DNA of 39,239 nucleotides from a virus: IMG/VR virus record IMGVR_UViG_3300002925_000022, positions 90,081 to 129,319 of that record; one strand, 5' to 3'. Shown piece by piece: positions 33,730 to 39,239 of this stretch (position 1 is its first letter; each line of letters starts with the position of its first letter). The notes under the pieces were generated by a model. It saw only the letters and a program-made list of their open reading frames with translations, ran no database searches and was not told where the DNA came from. The position numbers and the translations under genes were made by a program.

Positions 33730-35672
33730 TCCTCCTTTGGCCACTCGCGCAACGCAATGTTAAGGGCGAGGTTTTTTTTACACTGTTCAACTGTGAGTTC
33801 CTCAAACCCCAACTGGCGCAGTAGTTCTTCACGCGCTGCACACCTCTTCTCGGCCTCTTCCGCTATTGCCTGTGCAACGTCCTTTACATCATCTTCTTCT
33901 GTTAGTTCCTGTGCCGGAACCCATCCACGATTCGTGGTTAAGAACTTGTGGTCCTTGGTACAACGGATAACCTTACCGTCATCAAACACCAGTTCAATTA
34001 CATCCTCGTTGCAATCGTAGGTCAGAGTGTTCTCTACATTCTGCACGTTGCCATACGCATCTATCACTTTATCTCCAATTTGTACGGATTCAATCGGAAC
34101 CATCATTCCGTTAGCCATCTTCACTCTGGTCCCTGGAAGGAAACAACCACGGGCATTTCCGATAAGCATTTGCTTACTGCAAACCCGCATTATATGATAA
34201 TAGGTCAAAAAATACTTGGCAAACTTCAGTCCCTTGATGACCTCAAGTTCATACTTCAAACGGTCAATGTAGGTTTGCTTCGTATGGAGTCTGCGGAACT
34301 TTAACCCTTCAATTGCTAGTTTCTTGATCTCCTTGAAGGCCACCATGTCTTCGTCATTTGCCTCAGACTCGGGAAGTTGGGCTCGAAGCTTCTCAATTTC
34401 CTCCTGGGCAATGATCTTCTCAATTGACGGAAGCTTCACCCGGCGATCTGGTTGGATATTGCTCGCAATCTGCTGGTGTGCAATATCGTGAGTACGTTCA
34501 ATAGCTTCCATGATGACTTGATCGTCATAGAACCCATACTCATGGCAGTAATTCTTGTAACTGGCCCAAACCTGTTCAGCATTTTTGGGGTACAGTTCAC
34601 ACTTCAGTTCTTCAACTTTCTCTGGAAGAGGCTTCCGTCCTTCTTCTGGCTTCAAGAACTGCAGCATGCCCATCATCTTGTAGATTTCTCGTTCCCGCCA
34701 GTGAGAAGGATCTGAATAGTGAGCGTCACACGTCACCACCAGTGGACAGCCAGTACGCTTTGAAGCCTCAATGAGATGCTGGTTCACAAGGTGCTGAGCC
34801 CCCAACCTGTTGAACTGGATCTCCAGGTAGTAGTTCTCCTTGCCAAGAACTTCCTGGAATTCTGCAATCGCCAAGGCAAGCTCGGCTTGGATCTCTTCTA
34901 GGTTGTCATCGTTCGGAACCCACAGGTTGTGATCCGGTTCCTTCTGATGATCAAATACAATCTTTGCCGGATAACCCGCAATGCAAGCCGACAAAGCAAT
35001 AATGTTACCGTTGGAATGCTTCTTTAGCATGTCCAAGTCCACTCTAGGATAACGGTAAAACCCGTCAGCCGCAGAATCCGAAACAATTCGAAACAAAGAC
35101 TTCAGTCCAGCATCATTCTTTGCCAAAAGAACAAGATGGTTCCGTTGATACAACGGATTCCGAAACTTTGCCCTCGTCCCCTTGCTCTCTTCCTCGTTCT
35201 CTACAATCGTACCGCCAGAATCATCCTCTAAGGCCGCTTCCTCAGCCTTGATCTCCGAAATCTCCTGTAGTTCCTCCTCTGTCTTGGCCAATTCATTGCC
35301 AATCGCTTCCAAAGACCCAGGAGTAGACTCTTTCCCCTTGTTATTAGCCACAGCGGTTCCAGACCCCCGCTGGGCCTCGTAAAGTTCCCTCCACTTCGAA
35401 AGGGATGGAACAAAATAGGCTTCCACCCCGTAGATGGCTTTGAAATTAATACCGTCTTTCCTTAGTTTCTCAGCATACAAATGCTGATGTGAAAAACCGT
35501 TCATGTTGCCATGGTCCGTTAAAGCCAAAGCATCCATCCCGTTTTTCCGCGCAAAATCAATATGGTCCTGTGGCCGTCCAATAGCATCAAACGTGCTGTA
35601 GGTGCTGTGCGAATGTAGCCCCACAAACCTCCTTGGGCTATTGTTCCCCCCTTTATTGCTGCCGTCATTCAT
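33726..35672 (-). CDS. dnaE: DNA polymerase III alpha, fragment 1 (PHP domain + IntN-1)
   Basis: LHSHSTYS, ALTDHGN, GVEAY, HLVLLAKN, LSACIAG, DAHY, YIDRLKYELEVI...YFL...GNARG, then intein CFLPGTRV...CTKDHKF (34145-33729). Confidence 0.95.
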   Translation of the reverse strand: MNDGSNKGGNNSPRRFVGLHSHSTYSTFDAIGRPQDHIDFARKNGMDALALTDHGNMNGFSHQHLYAEKLRKDGINFKAIYGVEAYFVPSLSKWRELYEAQRGSGTAVANNKGKESTPGSLEAIGNELAKTEEELQEISEIKAEEAALEDDSGGTIVENEEESKGTRAKFRNPLYQRNHLVLLAKNDAGLKSLFRIVSDSAADGFYRYPRVDLDMLKKHSNGNIIALSACIAGYPAKIVFDHQKEPDHNLWVPNDDNLEEIQAELALAIAEFQEVLGKENYYLEIQFNRLGAQHLVNQHLIEASKRTGCPLVVTCDAHYSDPSHWREREIYKMMGMLQFLKPEEGRKPLPEKVEELKCELYPKNAEQVWASYKNYCHEYGFYDDQVIMEAIERTHDIAHQQIASNIQPDRRVKLPSIEKIIAQEEIEKLRAQLPESEANDEDMVAFKEIKKLAIEGLKFRRLHTKQTYIDRLKYELEVIKGLKFAKYFLTYYHIMRVCSKQMLIGNARGCFLPGTRVKMANGMMVPIESVQIGDKVIDAYGNVQNVENTLTYDCNEDVIELVFDDGKVIRCTKDHKFLTTNRGWVPAQELTEEDDVKDVAQAIAEEAEKRCAAREELLRQLGFEELTVEQCKKNLALNIALREWPKED

Positions 35673-35856
35673 TTGATTGTCCCCATCTGGCAATAAAATT
35701 CCGGTTATGCCCAACCGAGCAACTCACTCTTCTAGGCTGAACAAGAAAACCCTAACATTACAAAGAACTAAATTTGAACGATTTATGATAATTCTCTTAG
35801 TTCAAGTAATTCCAGTCTATATTTCGCAACATAAACATTCTTCCCCTGTAAGGGCC

Positions 35857-36024
35857 TTACTTTGAGGAAAGTGGGAATTGCATGGCAACTATAGCCGTAA
35901 TAAAATCCCCAATGGGCTTCTCAGTTCTCTGGGATGGTGTAACTTCCAAGGCCTTATCGTGAACATACAATGTTTTATAGATGGCTATTCCTACAGCCAC
36001 CAAAACGACTAGAAGTCGAAACAT
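35857..36024 (-). CDS. small membrane protein (55 aa, MFRLLVVLVAVGIAIY...)
   Basis: Manual translation; N-terminal hydrophobic helix; AGGT upstream. Confidence 0.45.
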   Translation of the reverse strand: MFRLLVVLVAVGIAIYKTLYVHDKALEVTPSQRTEKPIGDFITAIVAMQFPLSSK

Positions 36025-36087
36025 CTTGACCTACCTATTGTGGCTACCTGAGAACAGACAATGCCGTAATCGCAAAGCCTCATGCGA

Positions 36088-36330
36088 TCATCGAGTGTAC
36101 AAAATAATCCCCACAATGAAAGCAACTACGACAGTTATAGCTGTCGAAATTGCTAAAGGTCGCCGGAACCATAAAGGTTCCATCACGGGAAGAATGGGCT
36201 TTGGCGGTCTTATCGGTTTCGTTAGACTTTCGAGTAGTTTCTGACGATTTTTCTCTCGAAGCCTGTTCATCTCTTCATAAAGCTGTGCTTCTTCCTTGGA
36301 TTCCATATCTTGGATTCTAGCACACTTCAC
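36088..36330 (-). CDS. small protein with C-terminal TM
   Basis: Charged helix, then LAISTAITVVVAFIVGIILY. Confidence 0.55.
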   Translation of the reverse strand: MKCARIQDMESKEEAQLYEEMNRLREKNRQKLLESLTKPIRPPKPILPVMEPLWFRRPLAISTAITVVVAFIVGIILYTR

Positions 36331-36617
36331 TCTACAAAAGACAACCAGGCTTCATCAACAACAGGTATTTCTATTGCATCTGACGACAGGGTTTCTTGTT
36401 CAGTACCAGTCTTTCGAGGCCCTGAATTCTTTTTGCCCACCGGGCGTCCCCAAATCTTACCTTCCGGGAGATTGGGGAACCCCTCAGCATTCAAGATTGG
36501 CCGAGGCCCAGGGTTGGGCGCCACCTTGGGCTTGTTCTTTGACCCCTTGGGACGCCCACGTCGACGTGGGGGTTGGGACTGGGGAACATTCTCAACGTTG
36601 TCTGTGTCGGTGTTCAT
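36327..36617 (-). CDS. AT-hook DNA-binding protein
   Basis: RRRGRPKGSKNK and WGRPVGKKN motifs; RBS AAGGAGAGG before MNTDTDN. Confidence 0.65.
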   Translation of the reverse strand: MNTDTDNVENVPQSQPPRRRGRPKGSKNKPKVAPNPGPRPILNAEGFPNLPEGKIWGRPVGKKNSGPRKTGTEQETLSSDAIEIPVVDEAWLSFVE

Positions 36618-36786
36618 AGTGCCTCTCCTTTTCCACAGGTGCATGGAACACCCTAGATCTTGTGATCTATATCTCGTCCTGTACGGTCCGTCAATTGTGT
36701 TCGACAAAGAAATGCTTACACACTACTACTCTACCGCAGCAACTCTGCGGTCAGGTATTCTGCAATCACACTTGATCATTGTGCTT

Positions 36787-37527
36787 CTACTTTCTCCCCT
36801 TTCTTCTCGAACGCGGGCGTTTGGTGCTGCCTCCCACGACTGTGCCCAGCGCCCGTGACGCTAGCGTCCCCGAACTATAGATCCATTGGGCGGTGTGGCC
36901 TGAGAACAAATCCTCCGCGATCACACCGCAGAGGCGGTGGAGTTCTTTGCTGTGAACGTCCTTCCAAGCGTCTTCGTCGGCGGTGGCGGCGGCGCGGGCG
37001 GCGGCAGCGTAGGCAGCAGCATCGGCGATGGCGTCGGTGGCTGCGGGGGTAACCAAGGCTGCGATGACGGAGGCGCCAGCTTCGGCTGCGTGGGAGGCGG
37101 CGAAGGCAGCGTAAAAAGCGGCGCGATTGGTGGAGTCATCGAAGTCGGCAGCGTCGAAGGCCTTCTTGGCGGCGAGCTTGCACTCCTCCACCGTTGCCTC
37201 GCCGAGAAGCCAGCGCTCTGCTGTTTCAATGGCCTGGAGTGGCCGCTTCTCGTCCTCGGGAACGAAAATAAGGGCCTCACGTGCCACACGACACGTAAGA
37301 AGCACTCCAAGTTGAGACGACCACGCTGTGATAGTTAGGAGCACCTCGCGCGCGTCGCTTCGCGAGCGCGCTAAGTCAGCCCAAGCGTGGGTGACCGCAC
37401 GCCTGATCTCTGGTGTCCACTCCGAGATTGTGTCGAACGGGTCTCTCACACCGCGCTGGAGCCTGGCCCACTTGGTTTGCTGTTCCGGCGGCAGCGCGTC
37501 AATAGCATCGGCAATTGTTATAATCAT
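36787..37527 (-). CDS. Imm5-like Ala-rich helical protein (paralogue 1)
   Basis: CRVAREALIFVPEDEKRPLQAIETAERWLLGEAT...ELHRLCGVIAEDLF. Confidence 0.75.
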   Translation of the reverse strand: MIITIADAIDALPPEQQTKWARLQRGVRDPFDTISEWTPEIRRAVTHAWADLARSRSDAREVLLTITAWSSQLGVLLTCRVAREALIFVPEDEKRPLQAIETAERWLLGEATVEECKLAAKKAFDAADFDDSTNRAAFYAAFAASHAAEAGASVIAALVTPAATDAIADAAAYAAAARAAATADEDAWKDVHSKELHRLCGVIAEDLFSGHTAQWIYSSGTLASRALGTVVGGSTKRPRSRRKGRK

Positions 37528-37617
37528 CTTTCGTCTGCATGTCCTTTCTGAACACAGGCGATCGGCTCAGCACCCTCGACGGCGCCCTACACCCCGCCCT
37601 CGCGGGACAGAAGTAGT

Positions 37618-37911
37618 TCAGTCCTCGTCCACCTCAAGGAGCTCGTCGCGGTAGGCCACGAATGCCTCGTAAAACTGTTCAGTATCCGTCACCACGCCGA
37701 GCGACGCCGCTGCTCGCGGCGCCTCACGCTCAGCAAACAGACGAAGCTCAGCATCAGTGGTGTCCGCGCGGACACCAAGTTCGTCCATGGCTTCAGCCCA
37801 GTTGGGCCAGCAATCGCTGGCCGTCCAGAACGGCCGAGGGCGAGGGCGAGGGTGCGTTGGGTTCGTCGTGATCTTCGTCGTCGGCGGTGCGGTCTTCTTC
37901 GTCGTCTTCAT
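37618..37911 (-). CDS. hypothetical protein
   Basis: RBS GAAAGGA; 97 aa. Confidence 0.55.
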   Translation of the reverse strand: MKTTKKTAPPTTKITTNPTHPRPRPRPFWTASDCWPNWAEAMDELGVRADTTDAELRLFAEREAPRAAASLGVVTDTEQFYEAFVAYRDELLEVDED

Positions 37912-38162
37912 CGTGGTTCCTTTCTGTTGTGAATGGTAAGATGTTTAGTACGTGGTGTCAAACACTCGCACCCGGCACGATCCCACGACGTCGTAGCCGT
38001 CGCCGGGGGAACGCCACGCCGCCAATTGCCTTGGCTACCAGGCGCCCGAAGGCCGCCTGAGGGGTGTCAAAATTTGGTCTACATTCTCTGTTCTTCCGAT
38101 GGGTGTGTGGAGATCACATTGGCGATGATGTTCATGTTTTCTTTCTCCTTTTCTTCTTCTCT

Positions 38163-38884
38163 TGAAGACAACCTTCATCTAACCAGGAGTTCTCCGACAG
38201 TCAACCCGTATTGGTCTTTTAGACCTTTAGAATTTCTGCGGTCCGGCCCGTGAACAAATCCTCCGCAATTACACCACAGAGACGGTTGAGTTCGGAGTCT
38301 CGGGCGATTTCCCAAGCGTCGGCGTCGGTGTCTTTGTCGGTGGTGGCGTCGGCGTAGGCGTGGGCAACGGCAATGGCGGTTGAAGAGGCGGCGTCGGCGT
38401 CGGCGGCGCCGACCAGGGCAGCGCTGTAGATGACGAATGCGGCGTAGAATGCGGACTTGGTGGCCGCTGAATAGTCGGCGTAGGAAACCGACACGAGATC
38501 GCGATCCTCCTCGGTTGCCTCTCCTCGCACCAAACGTTCTGCGGCCTCGATAGCCTGGAGGGGACGCTGATTGCCCTCAGGAACGAACCGAAGGGCCTCG
38601 CGTGCCACTCGGCATGCAAGAAGCATCCCCAGCCGGGGAGAATCCTTTGTGATCGATCGAAGCACCATGGACGCATCCGTCTGTCCCTTGGCCCAATCAC
38701 AAATGTTACCGGTGGTGTTCATCTTTGTTCTCTCCTTTCTCTCCTGAAGACACCCTTCATCTAACCAGGAGTTCTCCGACAGTCAACCCGTATTAGTCTT
38801 TTAGACCTTTAGAATTTCTGCGGCACGCCCTGTGAACAAATCCTCTGCAATCACACCACAGAGACGGTTGAGTTCGGAGTCTCG
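38163..38884. repeat. ~140-bp direct repeat (38163-38302 and 38745-38884; 582-bp period)
   Basis: Near-identical copies spanning the 3' end of an Imm5-like gene plus the TTGACT-N17-TAGATG promoter of the next gene. Confidence 0.9.
38219..38722 (-). CDS. Imm5-like Ala-rich helical protein (paralogue 2)
   Basis: ACRVAREALRFVPEGNQRPLQAIEAAERLVRGEAT...ELNRLCGVIAEDLFTGRTAEILKV; RBS AAAGGAG. Confidence 0.8.
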   Translation of the reverse strand: MNTTGNICDWAKGQTDASMVLRSITKDSPRLGMLLACRVAREALRFVPEGNQRPLQAIEAAERLVRGEATEEDRDLVSVSYADYSAATKSAFYAAFVIYSAALVGAADADAASSTAIAVAHAYADATTDKDTDADAWEIARDSELNRLCGVIAEDLFTGRTAEILKV

Positions 38885-39238
38885 CGCACGATTTAAAGCG
38901 GTGATGTAGGCGGTGGCGTATGCGTTGGCATCGTTGGATACGGCATAGGCGTAGTCGGCATGGACGTCGGCGTAGGCATAGGCATAGGCAGCCTTGGCAG
39001 CGGTGCTGGCAGCGTCGGCGTAGGTGTCGGGGAAGAAGTCGTCGGCGGCGTAGACTTTGTGGGCTGTGTAGGCGGCGAAGGCGACGTCATGGGCGGCATT
39101 GGCAGCGTAGGCCTCGACGTAGTAGGCGGCGGGGTCAGCGGGGGCGTAGGCGTAGTAGGCGTTGGCAGCTTCGATGGCCGCGGCGGCAGCACGCTTGCAC
39201 TCCTCGGCGGTTGCCTCACCGTTAACCCATCGTTCTGC
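38801..39238 (-). CDS. Imm5-like Ala-rich helical protein (paralogue 3, 5'-truncated by window edge)
   Basis: Manual translation: AERWVNGEATAEECKRAAAAAIEAANAYY...ARDSELNRLCGVIAEDLFTGRAAEILKV*. Confidence 0.8.
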   Translation of the reverse strand, partial: AERWVNGEATAEECKRAAAAAIEAANAYYAYAPADPAAYYVEAYAANAAHDVAFAAYTAHKVYAADDFFPDTYADAASTAAKAAYAYAYADVHADYAYAVSNDANAYATAYITALNRARDSELNRLCGVIAEDLFTGRAAEILKV

Positions 39239-39239
39239 G

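Noticed and set aside
30732-35714. Stop-codon recoding, or a frameshifted pseudogene, as the explanation for the broken dnaE
   Set aside because: Adjacent fragments are out of frame, both breaks fall exactly between IntN and IntC halves, each IntC starts with Met after an RBS, and TAA/TAG/TGA all act as normal stops elsewhere.
38893-39225. Pro/Thr-rich and Arg-rich ORFs in the track (also 36921-37310, 38269-38700)
   Set aside because: Shadow frames of the GCC-rich Imm5-like genes.
36787-39239. Diversity-generating retroelement (many NNC codons in the variable region)
   Set aside because: The variable regions differ in length, there is no AAC-rich template repeat and no reverse transcriptase in the window.

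Overview
A 39-kb segment of a large (jumbo-type) tailed bacteriophage genome. There are no host housekeeping operons, and most ORFs are short hypotheticals. Left end (1-5.2 kb): the 3' part of an AAA+ ATPase gene, then an RNA island with tRNAs Thr(CGT), Gly(TCC), Ile(TAT), Arg(TCT), Val(TAC), Leu(CAA), degenerate Gly and Ala tRNAs, a complete tmRNA (tag GDNAFQMAA), an orphan IS200/IS605-type right end and two unexplained structured non-coding stretches. Middle (5-30 kb): genes with sigma70-like promoters are interleaved with genes preceded by a TAYTTA motif, probably a late promoter. Products include a GH73-like endolysin, an SLT-like protein, a metzincin, tail/virion proteins, an R2K ATP-grasp protein, a protein kinase, a Fe/Mn SOD, holin/spanin-like proteins and an rtcB pseudogene. 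Many TAYTTA-class proteins share an N-terminal hydrophobic-x-Glu leader suggestive of head-packaged proteins. The standout feature is a DNA polymerase III alpha (DnaE) fractured into THREE separate genes (35672-33726, 33652-31922, 31817-30732). They carry TWO different split inteins, so the enzyme would have to be assembled by two orthogonal protein trans-splicing reactions. The right end has a tandem array of Ala-rich Imm5-like paralogues with duplicated promoter cassettes. All calls come from reading motifs by eye; no database searches were run.
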